From the NCBI GenBank assembly GCA_902802565.1, contig CADCMP010000001.1, positions 711 to 64,710 of the forward strand: DNA of 64,000 nucleotides. The letters are read 5' to 3'. The notes beneath the pieces are model-generated. The model ran no database searches. It saw only the letters and a program-made list of their open reading frames with translations, and was not told the DNA's origin. Every line of letters begins with the position of its first letter. Positions within the stretch are counted from its first letter, which is position 1. The DNA is from Oscillospiraceae bacterium (GTDB lineage Bacteria; Bacillota; Clostridia; Oscillospirales; Oscillospiraceae). The position numbers and the translations under genes were made by a program. Below are positions 53,603-62,533 of the stretch, piece after piece.

Positions 53603-54976
53603 ATGGCAGAAAAAATCCCTTACAAGATCTATTTGACGGAAAACGAGATCCCGAAACAGTGGTACAACGTCCGTGCGGACATGAAGAACAAACCGGCTCC
53701 GCTGCTCAATCCGGGCACGCTGGAGCCCATGACGGCCGAGGAACTGGGTGCGGTGTTCTGCGAGGAACTGGTACAGCAGGAGCTGGACAACGATAATCCG
53801 TACATCGACATCCCCCAGGAGATCCAGGACTTCTACAAGATGTACCGTCCCGCCCCTCTGGTACGGGCCTACTGCCTGGAAGAGGCACTGGGGACCCCCG
53901 CCAAGATCTACTACAAATTCGAAGGCAACAACACCTCCGGAAGCCATAAGCTCAACTCCGCCATCGCCCAGGCCTACTATGCCAAGAAGCAGGGCCTGAA
54001 GGGCGTCACCACCGAGACCGGAGCCGGCCAGTGGGGCACCGCACTGTCCATGGCCTGCGCCTATCTGGGCCTGGACTGCAAGGTCTTCATGGTCAAGGTC
54101 AGCTACGAACAGAAACCCTTCCGCCGTGAGGTGATGCGCACCTACGGCGCGGAAGTGACCCCGTCTCCCTCGGAGACCACCGCCATCGGCCGCAAGATCC
54201 TGGAGGAGAACCCCGGGACCACCGGCTCCCTGGGCTGTGCCATTTCCGAAGCAGTGGAAGTGGCGGTGGGCACTCCCGGCTACCGCTATGTGCTGGGAAG
54301 CGTTCTGAATCAGGTGCTCCTGCACCAGTCGGTCATCGGACTGGAAGCCAAGGCGGCACTGGACAAATACGGCGTCAAGCCCGACATGATCATCGGCTGC
54401 GCCGGCGGCGGATCCAACCTGGGCGGTCTCATCTCCCCGTTCATGGGCGAGAAGCTCCGGGGCGAGGCGGACTACCAGATCATCGCCGTGGAACCGGCCT
54501 CCTGCCCCAGTTTCACCAGAGGCAGGTACGCCTACGATTTCGCCGACACCGGCATGGTGTGTCCTCTGGCCAAGATGTACACCCTGGGCAGCGGTTTCAT
54601 CCCGTCTCCCAACCACGCCGGCGGCCTGCGCTATCACGGCATGAGCCCGGTGCTGTCCCAGCTGTATGATGACGGACTCATGGAAGCCCGCGCCGTGGAA
54701 CAGACCAGCGTGTTCGAAGCCGCGGAGATGTTTGCCCGGGTGGAGGGCATCCTTCCCGCACCGGAATCCAGCCACGCCATCCGCGTCGCCATCGACGAGG
54801 CACTCAAGTGCAAGGAGACCGGGGAAGAGAAGACCATCCTCTTCGGCCTCTCCGGCACCGGCTATTTCGATCTCGTGGCCTACCAGAAATTCAACGACGG
54901 TGAGATGGACGACTACATCCCCACGGATGAGGATCTGGCCCGGGGCCTGAGCAAGCTTCCCAACGTGGACAGATGA
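53603..54976 (+). CDS. TrpB2-type tryptophan synthase beta-like PLP enzyme
   Basis: 457 aa. IPKQWYN N-terminus, PLP-lysine block TSGSHKLNSA, ETGAGQWG. Longer than the canonical TrpB1. The track ORF includes the T-box leader. Confidence 0.85.
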   Translation: MAEKIPYKIYLTENEIPKQWYNVRADMKNKPAPLLNPGTLEPMTAEELGAVFCEELVQQELDNDNPYIDIPQEIQDFYKMYRPAPLVRAYCLEEALGTPAKIYYKFEGNNTSGSHKLNSAIAQAYYAKKQGLKGVTTETGAGQWGTALSMACAYLGLDCKVFMVKVSYEQKPFRREVMRTYGAEVTPSPSETTAIGRKILEENPGTTGSLGCAISEAVEVAVGTPGYRYVLGSVLNQVLLHQSVIGLEAKAALDKYGVKPDMIIGCAGGGSNLGGLISPFMGEKLRGEADYQIIAVEPASCPSFTRGRYAYDFADTGMVCPLAKMYTLGSGFIPSPNHAGGLRYHGMSPVLSQLYDDGLMEARAVEQTSVFEAAEMFARVEGILPAPESSHAIRVAIDEALKCKETGEEKTILFGLSGTGYFDLVAYQKFNDGEMDDYIPTDEDLARGLSKLPNVDR

Positions 54977-54993
54977 TCCGGAAATAAAAACGA

Positions 54994-55022
54994 CTGCCGA
55001 TCCTCGGGATCGGCAGTTTTTT
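54994..55022 (+). terminator. Rho-independent terminator
   Basis: CTGCCGATCC/GGATCGGCAG stem followed by T6. Confidence 0.85.
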
Positions 55023-55172
55023 ATGGGAAAAGGCATAAAAATGCCCAATATCCGCCGTGGTTTTGAAAGAAAAAGTGGGAAATCGCAGAAAATGGCAGAA
55101 ATTAACTGTTAAAAAAAGAGCAATCCTTGAAGATGAACCCCAAAAAGCGTACTATATATAAGCAATAATAAA

Positions 55173-55199
55173 ACAGGTATAAGAAACTCTTATACCTGT
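55173..55199 (+). promoter_or_regulatory. Perfect 12-3-12 inverted repeat between the promoter and RBS of the SNF transporter gene
   Basis: ACAGGTATAAGA aac TCTTATACCTGT. No U-run follows. It lies downstream of a TTGAAG, 17 nt, TACTAT promoter-like element. Confidence 0.5.
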
Positions 55200-55229
55200 G
55201 AAGTGAAGAATAGAAGGAGAGTTGTAAGT

Positions 55230-56666
55230 ATGAGTGATCATCACAGAAGAGGAACATTCGGCAGCAATATGGGCTTCCTGATGGCTGCTGTCGGTTCCGC
55301 AGTAGGTCTGGGAAACATCTGGGGCTTCCCGTATAAGATGGGAAACAACGGAGGTTTCGTCTTCCTTCTGGTGTATCTGATCCTTGCCGTGTTTGTCGGC
55401 ATGTGTGTCATGATGGGTGAGATGGCCATCGGCCGCAAGACCCGCCAGGGTCCTGCCGGTGCGTACCGGGCGATCTCCCAGAAGTTCGGATGGCTGGGAT
55501 GGCTTGCCGTCATCGCCGGATTCGTCATCCTGTGCTTCTATCTGGTGCTGGGCGGAATGGTCCTGCGCTACGCAGTGGGTTATTTCCTCGCCATGTTCGG
55601 CGTGGACACCTTCGGCGATCCCGCATCGTTCTTCGGTGCGTTCCTTACCAACGGATGGTCCATGGTGGCATTCTTTGCACTGTTTGCCATCATTAACGCC
55701 GCCATCGTCATGGGCGGCGTGGAAGGCGGCATCGAGCGCTTCAACAAGTTCGCCATGCCCGCACTGTTTTTCCTGCTTCTCATCGTACTGATCTACGTGG
55801 CATGCCAGCCCGGCGCGGGCGAGGGCTACCGCTACATCTTCGGTGTGAACTTCGAGCCCCTGAAGACGGACTTCCTGGGCGTGGTGAAGACCGCGGCCGG
55901 ACAGATGTTCTTCTCCCTGTCTCTGGGCATGGCCATCATGCTCACCTACGGTTCCTACCTTCCCGAGAGCGAGAACATTCAGAAGAACACCGTCATCATC
56001 GTCGCCTTCGATACGCTGATCGCCATCATGGCCGGTATGGTGGTCCTTCCCGCGTGCGCCGCATTCGGACTGGACTACGGCGGAGGCCCCGGCCTGCTGT
56101 TTGCCACCATGCAGATGGTCTTCCATAACATGGGCGGCTTCATCGGAAACCTCATGGGCTTCCTGTTCTACTTCCTGGTCTTCCTGGCAGCCATCTCCTC
56201 CTCCATCTCCATCATGGAGGGAACCGTTGCCACCCGTGTGGACCGCAACTTCCGTGAGAACAAGGGCGGCAAGTCCGGCGGACGGATAAAGGTCTCCCTG
56301 ATCATCACCATCGCCGCTCTGGTCCTGGGACTTCCCGTGGCACTGGACGGTCTGGGAAGCGGCATTGCCGGCGGCGCGCTGGTGAACGCTCCCGCACAGA
56401 TCCTGAACGTTGCCGTTCACGGATGGAACGACTGCTGGCTGGATCTCTATGACATGATCTCCGAAGGCATCCTCATGCCGCTCGGATCTCTGATCATGGC
56501 CCTGTGCATCGGCTGGAGCTGGGGCACGGACATGATCCTGGATGAATGTGCCAAGTGCGGCGCAAAGCCCTGGGGCCGCCGCTTCTTCGAGGTCTGCTAC
56601 AAGGTCATCACTCCCATCGGAATGCTCATCGTCCTCTACGGACAGATCGTGAGCTTCTTCGGATGA
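55230..56666 (+). CDS. Sodium-dependent transporter, SNF/NSS family
   Basis: GSAVGLGNIWGFPY signature and about 11-12 TM helices. AAGGAGA upstream of the ATG at 55230. Confidence 0.85.
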   Translation: MSDHHRRGTFGSNMGFLMAAVGSAVGLGNIWGFPYKMGNNGGFVFLLVYLILAVFVGMCVMMGEMAIGRKTRQGPAGAYRAISQKFGWLGWLAVIAGFVILCFYLVLGGMVLRYAVGYFLAMFGVDTFGDPASFFGAFLTNGWSMVAFFALFAIINAAIVMGGVEGGIERFNKFAMPALFFLLLIVLIYVACQPGAGEGYRYIFGVNFEPLKTDFLGVVKTAAGQMFFSLSLGMAIMLTYGSYLPESENIQKNTVIIVAFDTLIAIMAGMVVLPACAAFGLDYGGGPGLLFATMQMVFHNMGGFIGNLMGFLFYFLVFLAAISSSISIMEGTVATRVDRNFRENKGGKSGGRIKVSLIITIAALVLGLPVALDGLGSGIAGGALVNAPAQILNVAVHGWNDCWLDLYDMISEGILMPLGSLIMALCIGWSWGTDMILDECAKCGAKPWGRRFFEVCYKVITPIGMLIVLYGQIVSFFG

Positions 56667-56685
56667 TCGGAGGATCCACCGAATA

Positions 56686-56729
56686 AAAAGAAAAACTGCC
56701 TTCCGGTGTTCGCCGGAAGGCAGTTTCTT
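56686..56729. terminator. Bidirectional terminator
   Basis: 14-bp stem AAACTGCCTTCCGG/CCGGAAGGCAGTTT between convergent genes. Confidence 0.85.
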
Positions 56730-56750
56730 ATGTCGTTGACGACAACCGGA

Positions 56751-57941
56751 TCAGCGGTTGTTGTATTTCTCGATGGCGTCGGCCAGCAGTTCCATGGAGC
56801 GGGCAATGTCCTCCCGTTTCAGAACGTAGGCCATGCGGATCTCGTTGACGCCGGAGCCGGGAGTGGCGTAGAAGCCGGCGGCGGGGGCGAACATCACGGT
56901 CTCGCCGTTGTTGCTGTACTCTTTCAGCAGCCAGGTCTGGAAGCTCTCGGCATTGTCCACCGGAAGCTTTGCCATGCAGTAGAACGCGCCCTTCGGGTTG
57001 GAGTAGATGACGCCGGGGATCTTGGAAAGGCCTTCCACCATGGTATCGCGGCGGGCCTTGTACTCCTTGCGGACGGCATCGAAGTACTCCGGTCCCACGT
57101 TGTACAGAGCGGCGGAACCGATCTGGTCGATGGTGGGAGTGGACAGACGGCCCTGGGCATACTTCATGACGTTCTGCATCAGTTCCTTGTTGCGGCTGAG
57201 CAGGCAGCCGATACGGGCGCCGCAGGCAGAGAAGCGCTTGGAGACGGAGTCGATGACGATGGCGTTCTCCTCCAGTCCCTCCAGCTGCAGGATGCTCTGC
57301 AGGGGCTCGTTCTCGTAGACGAACTCACGGTACACTTCGTCGCCGATGACGAACAGGTCATGCTCTTTGGCGATGTCGCACACCAGCTGCATCTCTTCTC
57401 TGGTCAGAATGGTGCCGGTGGGGTTGCCGGGGTTGGTGAACATGATGGCGCGGGTGTGCTCGTTGATCAGCGGCTCGATCTTCTCGCGGGATGCGAATTT
57501 GTAGCCTTCCTCCGGGGTGCAGGGGATGGGCCGGATGGAACCGCCGGTGAGGTTCACAAAGGTGTTGTAGTTGGTGTAGAAGGGTTCCGGAATGATGATC
57601 TCATCGCCGTCGTCCAGGATGCAGGACAGAGCCATCATCAGAGCCTCGCTGCCCGCGGTGGTGATCTGAATCTCGCTCTTCTCCAGAGGAACGCCGATCT
57701 TCTCATAGTAGTTCTGAACCGCATCGATCATCACGGGAAGTCCGGGGGAGGGAGCATATGCCAGAACGGGATCGTTGATGGCACGGATGGCTTCCATCAT
57801 CTCTTTCGGAGTCTCGATATCCGGCTGACCGATGTTCAGATGGTAGATCTTGATCCCCTTTGCCTTTGCCTCATTGGCCAGAGGTCCGAACTTACGGATC
57901 GGTGACAGGCCGCATTTCTCGATTTTACTGGAAAATTTCAT
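56751..57941 (-). CDS. Class I pyridoxal-phosphate-dependent aminotransferase (aspartate/alanine aminotransferase type)
   Basis: SVSKRFSACGARIG PLP-lysine motif and NPGNPTG block. ATG at 57941 preceded by AAGGAG. Confidence 0.85.
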   Translation of the reverse strand: MKFSSKIEKCGLSPIRKFGPLANEAKAKGIKIYHLNIGQPDIETPKEMMEAIRAINDPVLAYAPSPGLPVMIDAVQNYYEKIGVPLEKSEIQITTAGSEALMMALSCILDDGDEIIIPEPFYTNYNTFVNLTGGSIRPIPCTPEEGYKFASREKIEPLINEHTRAIMFTNPGNPTGTILTREEMQLVCDIAKEHDLFVIGDEVYREFVYENEPLQSILQLEGLEENAIVIDSVSKRFSACGARIGCLLSRNKELMQNVMKYAQGRLSTPTIDQIGSAALYNVGPEYFDAVRKEYKARRDTMVEGLSKIPGVIYSNPKGAFYCMAKLPVDNAESFQTWLLKEYSNNGETVMFAPAAGFYATPGSGVNEIRMAYVLKREDIARSMELLADAIEKYNNR

Positions 57942-58218
57942 GTTGTGTCTCCTTACTTTCCAATTTATTTGTTTTTTCAATAGTTCGTTGTCACGTGCTA
58001 TTTTCGTCTAGATTATAATGGTTGGGAAGAACTTATGCAACCGTGATTTCCCCGATTTGTGAAGATTTCAGGGAAATCTTTCCACCGGTCGGCCGTAACG
58101 GAAGACTCCCGCGCGGCGGGGTCCCGTCCCGGGGAAAACCGTGACGGATTCGTTGAAATGATCCCGGTCCTATGGTAAAATAATTTGTTGAATCAAACGA
58201 TACGACTCGAGGTATTTT

Positions 58219-59592
58219 ATGGGTATTCAAGTATTTTTCGCAAGCCTGCTCTGCCGGTTCCTGAAGGCAGTGGCCCGCGTCGCCCACCGGGGCGGCACCG
58301 CCATGCCGGGACGGTACGCACTGAAACTGTGCCCGGACCTTCTGAAGGTGCTGGCCAGGGACGTGCATGTGGTGGCCATCACCGGCACCAACGGCAAGAC
58401 TACATCCTCCCGCATGGTGGAGGAGGCCTTTGAGGAGGCGGGGCTGGACTACATCTCCAACCGCTCCGGCGCCAATCTCATCTCCGGGATCACCACGGAG
58501 TTCGTGATGAATGCCACCCTCGCGGGGAGACCGAAGAAACACTACGCCGTCATCGAGTGCGATGAGGCGGCGGCCCGGAAAGTGTTCGGACAGCTCCGGC
58601 CGGAGGTGGTCCTGGTGACCAACCTCTTCCGGGACCAGCTGGACCGCTACGGGGAAGTGACCCATACCCTGGGCAATATCCGGGAAGGCCTGAAAGGCAC
58701 CCCGGAGAGCATTCTCTGCCTGAACGCGGACTGCTCCCTGACATCCTCCCTGGCACTGGAGCTGCCCAATCCCTGCGTCTATTACGGCGTCAACGGCACG
58801 GCGGTGTCCTCCCGGGAAAAGCCCAGCATCTCCGATGCCACCCACTGCATCCGCTGCAAGACGGAATACGAATACGATTACATGACCTACGCCCATCTGG
58901 GGGGCTACCGCTGTCCCCAGTGCGGCTACCGCCGGCCGGATGCGGACGTGGCGGTCACCGCCGTGGTGCGGCAGACCGCGGACAGCAGCGTCGTGGACAT
59001 GGACATCTTCGGTGAGAAGCGCACCGTCACGGTGAACCTTCCCGCCGTCTACAATATCTACAATGCGGCCGGCGCCATCACGGCGGCCAGGAAGATGGGG
59101 ATCCCGCTGGATACGGCGGTGAGCGCCCTGGGCCGGTTCAACTGCGGCTTCGGACGGATGGAGAAATTCGATCTGGGAGCCGGCGGGACCCGCATGATGC
59201 TGGTAAAGAACCCGGCGGGCTGCAACCAGGTGATCTCCTTCCTCCGGGAGATCGGGGAGGATTTCACTCTCGTGGTGTGCCTCAATGACCGCAGTGCCGA
59301 CGGCACGGACATCTCCTGGATCTGGGATGCGGAATTCGAGCATCTGGAGGAGATCCGGGACCGCATCCGGAACGTCTATGTCTCCGGCACCCGGGCGGGT
59401 GACATGCAGCTGCGCATGAAATACGCCGGCATCGATCCGGAGAAGATCCGGCTGGAGACGGATTACGCCAGACTGGTGGACGCCATGGCCGCCCAGGAAG
59501 TGCCGGTGTTCATCATGCCCACCTACACCGCCATGCTGGATCTGCGGGAACACCTGATCCGCCGGTGCGGCGGCGCGGACTTCTGGGAATAA
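58219..59592 (+). CDS. murT: Lipid II isoglutaminyl synthase subunit MurT (Mur ligase family with DUF1727)
   Basis: ITGTNGKTT P-loop, MurT-specific Cys ribbon CIRC...CPQCG. Followed by gatD. Confidence 0.85.
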   Translation: MGIQVFFASLLCRFLKAVARVAHRGGTAMPGRYALKLCPDLLKVLARDVHVVAITGTNGKTTSSRMVEEAFEEAGLDYISNRSGANLISGITTEFVMNATLAGRPKKHYAVIECDEAAARKVFGQLRPEVVLVTNLFRDQLDRYGEVTHTLGNIREGLKGTPESILCLNADCSLTSSLALELPNPCVYYGVNGTAVSSREKPSISDATHCIRCKTEYEYDYMTYAHLGGYRCPQCGYRRPDADVAVTAVVRQTADSSVVDMDIFGEKRTVTVNLPAVYNIYNAAGAITAARKMGIPLDTAVSALGRFNCGFGRMEKFDLGAGGTRMMLVKNPAGCNQVISFLREIGEDFTLVVCLNDRSADGTDISWIWDAEFEHLEEIRDRIRNVYVSGTRAGDMQLRMKYAGIDPEKIRLETDYARLVDAMAAQEVPVFIMPTYTAMLDLREHLIRRCGGADFWE

Positions 59593-59605
59593 GGAGGGAC
59601 GGAGG

Positions 59606-60340
59606 ATGGAACTGAACATCTGCTATTTGTATCCCGATGTGCTGAATCTGTACGGCGACGGCGGCAACATCATCTGCCTGCAGCGGCGTCTGCAGTGGCG
59701 GGGCATCACCAGCAACGTCACCCGTGCCGGCATCGGCGACCGGGTTTCCCTGGCGGACTATGATCTGATGTTTATCGGCGGAGGACAGGACTTCGAGCAG
59801 GAGGTGCTGCTGGAGGATCTGCACCGGGGCAAGGCCTCCGAGATCCTGGCGGCGGTGGAGGACGGCAAGACCTTCCTGACCATCTGCGGCGGATATCAGA
59901 TGATGGGGAACTACTATCAGACCCATGAGGGCGTCCGCTGCGATTTTATCGGCGCGGTGGATCTGTATACCGTGGGTTCTCCCACCCGCATGATCGGCAA
60001 CTACAAATACCGGTGCACCGCCGACAACGGCGGCAGCCTGGTGGTTGGATTTGAGAACCACAGCGGAAAGACCTATCTCGGCGACGGCATCTCCCCGCTG
60101 GGGACCGTGGAAGCGGGATATGGCAACAACGGCGAGGACGGCACGGAAGGGGTGCGCTACCATAACGTGTTCGGCACCTACAGCCACGGCCCGGTGCTTC
60201 CCAAGAATCCGGAATTCTGCGACTACATCCTGCAGACCGCCCTGGAGCGCCGGTACGGCTCGGCTCAGCTGGAGCCCCTGGGGGACCGGGAGGAAGCCTA
60301 TGCCCATGACATCATGGCAAAACGGATAGGAGCAAAATGA
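59606..60340 (+). CDS. gatD: Lipid II isoglutaminyl synthase glutaminase subunit GatD (CobQ/CobB-type GATase)
   Basis: N-terminus LNICYLYPDVLNLYGDGGN and catalytic Cys context TICGGYQMMG. RBS AAGGAGGGA. Confidence 0.85.
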   Translation: MELNICYLYPDVLNLYGDGGNIICLQRRLQWRGITSNVTRAGIGDRVSLADYDLMFIGGGQDFEQEVLLEDLHRGKASEILAAVEDGKTFLTICGGYQMMGNYYQTHEGVRCDFIGAVDLYTVGSPTRMIGNYKYRCTADNGGSLVVGFENHSGKTYLGDGISPLGTVEAGYGNNGEDGTEGVRYHNVFGTYSHGPVLPKNPEFCDYILQTALERRYGSAQLEPLGDREEAYAHDIMAKRIGAK

Positions 60341-60341
60341 T

Positions 60342-61610
60342 ATGATTCGTTTCTATAACGGCAGGGTCCTGCAGTTTGACGGCGGCGTCCGGGTATCGGA
60401 GGACCGGGAAGTCTGGGTGGACGGAAACTCCATCTGCTACGTGGGTCCGGCCCGGGAGGACATGCCGTCGTTTGACCGGCAGATCGACCTGAAGGGCGAT
60501 CTGCTGATGCCCTCCTTCAAAAACGCCCATACCCACACCGCCATGACGTTCCTTCGTTCTCTGGCGGACGACCTGCCTCTGCAGGAATGGCTGACGCAGC
60601 AGGTGTTTCCCCGGGAAGCCAGGCTGACGCCGGAGATGATCTATGAGTTTACCCGCATCGGGATCCTGGAATACCTGAGCAGCGGCATCACCGCGAGCTT
60701 CGACATGTATTTCAAGAACGATGCCTATACGAAGGCCAACATCGATTCCGGTTTCCGCACCGTGATCTGTGCCTCCATGAACAATTTCGACCCGGATCCC
60801 ACCTATGTGGAGCAGGAGTACCGGAAGTTCAATGATCTCCATGAACTGATCTCCTACCGGCTGGGGATCCATGCGGAATACACCACCTCCCGGGAGCGGA
60901 TGGAGTACATCTCCTCCCTGGTGCACAGGTACGAGGCCCCCTTCTTCTGCCACAACTCCGAGACCCGCGGCGAGGTGGAGGGGTGTCTGGAACGGTACGG
61001 CATGACGCCCACGGAGCTGTTCGATGATCTGGGGCTGCTGGATTACGGCGGCGGCGGATACCACTGCGTGTACTTTTCCGACCATGACATCGAGATCTTC
61101 AAAAAACGGGGCTGCTGGGTGGTGACGAACCCCTCTTCCAACGTGAAGCTGGCCAGCGGCATCGCTCCCGTCAGCCGTTATCTGGACGAAGGGCTGAACC
61201 TGGCCATCGGCACGGACGGGGCGGCCAGCAACAACGCGCTGGACATGTTCCGGGAGATGTATCTCACCGCCGTGCTGCAGAAAGTGGCGAACATGGACGC
61301 GGCGTCCTGCGATCCGCTGAAAGTGCTGGAAATGGCCTGCGTCGGCGGCGCCCGGGCCATGGGCCTGGACGACTGCGACGACATCGCCGAGGGCAAGAAG
61401 GCGGATCTCATCGTCCTGGATCTTACCCGCCCCAACATGCAGCCCATTCACAATATTCCGAAAAACATCGTGTACGCCGGATCCAAGGAAAACGTCCGGC
61501 TGACCATGGTCAACGGTGTGGTGCGTTATGAAGACGGCGTCTTCCATATCGGGGAGACACCGGAAGTGATCTACCGGAACGCACAGAGCATGATCAAAGA
61601 GGTCCTTTAA
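60342..61610 (+). CDS. Amidohydrolase of the MtaD/SAH-MTA deaminase type
   Basis: FKNAHTHTAMTFLRSLADDLPLQEWL metal-binding/His motif and GTDGAASNN block. Starts 1 nt after the gatD stop. Confidence 0.75.
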   Translation: MIRFYNGRVLQFDGGVRVSEDREVWVDGNSICYVGPAREDMPSFDRQIDLKGDLLMPSFKNAHTHTAMTFLRSLADDLPLQEWLTQQVFPREARLTPEMIYEFTRIGILEYLSSGITASFDMYFKNDAYTKANIDSGFRTVICASMNNFDPDPTYVEQEYRKFNDLHELISYRLGIHAEYTTSRERMEYISSLVHRYEAPFFCHNSETRGEVEGCLERYGMTPTELFDDLGLLDYGGGGYHCVYFSDHDIEIFKKRGCWVVTNPSSNVKLASGIAPVSRYLDEGLNLAIGTDGAASNNALDMFREMYLTAVLQKVANMDAASCDPLKVLEMACVGGARAMGLDDCDDIAEGKKADLIVLDLTRPNMQPIHNIPKNIVYAGSKENVRLTMVNGVVRYEDGVFHIGETPEVIYRNAQSMIKEVL

Positions 61611-62467
61611 TGCAAACCATCGATCTACATACCCATTCCACATTCTCCGACGGCAGCTGCACGCCCACCGAGATCCTGCAGAAAGCCCATGAAAAGGGCC
61701 TGGCCGCCCTGGCGGTAACGGATCACGACAACGTGGGGGGCGTGGCCGAGGCCATGAATGCCGGAGAGGCCCTGGACATCGAGGTGATCCCCGGAGTGGA
61801 GTTCGGCTCCGGATACCGGGGACGGTCCATCCATCTGCTGGGATACCTGTTCGATCCGGACGAGGAGAATCTGAGAGACACCATCGATTCCGTACAGAAT
61901 GCCCGGGTGGAGCGAAACGAAGTCATCGCCTCCCGGATGCGCGAAGACGGGATCCCGGTGACCGTGGAGGAACTGATCCGGAAACACGGGACCACCAGCA
62001 TCGGGCGGCCTCATTTCGCCAAGGTGTTCGTGGAACACGGAAAGGCGGAGTCCGTGCGGGACGCCTTTCAGAAATTCCTCAATCCGGGGCGGGCGTACTA
62101 CTATCCCCGGACCTTCATCCCCCTGGCCCAGGCGGCGGGCGTCCTCCGCCACGCCGGCGGCGTGCCGGTCCTGGCCCATCCCTTCCAGTACCGTTTCACG
62201 GAAGAGGAACGGCAGGAGTGGCTGCAGTACTGCCGCAGCATCGGCATCGAGGGACTGGAGTGCCGGTATTCCGGATACGACGGGGAACAGACCGCCTATC
62301 TGGATGCCATGGCGGAAAAGTACGGGTTCTGCCGTACCGGCGGCAGCGACTTCCACGGGACCTTCAAACCGGATATCGACATCGGTACCGGCAAGGGCTC
62401 TCTGGAGGTGCCCCTGTCTTTTCTGGAGGAACTGAAAGTACGGCGGGAGGAGATCCTGCACCGGTGA
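61610..62467 (+). CDS. PHP-domain phosphoesterase (TrpH/YciV-like)
   Basis: IDLHTHSTFSDG motif and AVTDHD block. The ATG overlaps the upstream TAA (TAATG). Confidence 0.8.
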   Translation: MQTIDLHTHSTFSDGSCTPTEILQKAHEKGLAALAVTDHDNVGGVAEAMNAGEALDIEVIPGVEFGSGYRGRSIHLLGYLFDPDEENLRDTIDSVQNARVERNEVIASRMREDGIPVTVEELIRKHGTTSIGRPHFAKVFVEHGKAESVRDAFQKFLNPGRAYYYPRTFIPLAQAAGVLRHAGGVPVLAHPFQYRFTEEERQEWLQYCRSIGIEGLECRYSGYDGEQTAYLDAMAEKYGFCRTGGSDFHGTFKPDIDIGTGKGSLEVPLSFLEELKVRREEILHR

Positions 62468-62473
62468 AGCGAC

Positions 62474-62518
62474 AAAAAAACAGAGCGGAGAAGACCTTGT
62501 GTCTTCTCCGCTCTTTCT
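62474..62518. terminator. Bidirectional terminator
   Basis: 14-bp stem AGAGCGGAGAAGAC/GTCTTCTCCGCTCT with an upstream A7 and a downstream TTCT. Confidence 0.8.
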
Positions 62519-62533
62519 CATTGATGGGATGGT

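Noticed and set aside
58020-58200. Considered a ydaO-type c-di-AMP riboswitch or a glutamine riboswitch in the murT leader.
   Set aside because: The hallmark blocks I remember (GGGGACCCA, GGGUGAAUC, CAGCUAACCUCGUAAGCG) are absent. It is kept only as an unclassified structured leader in the findings.
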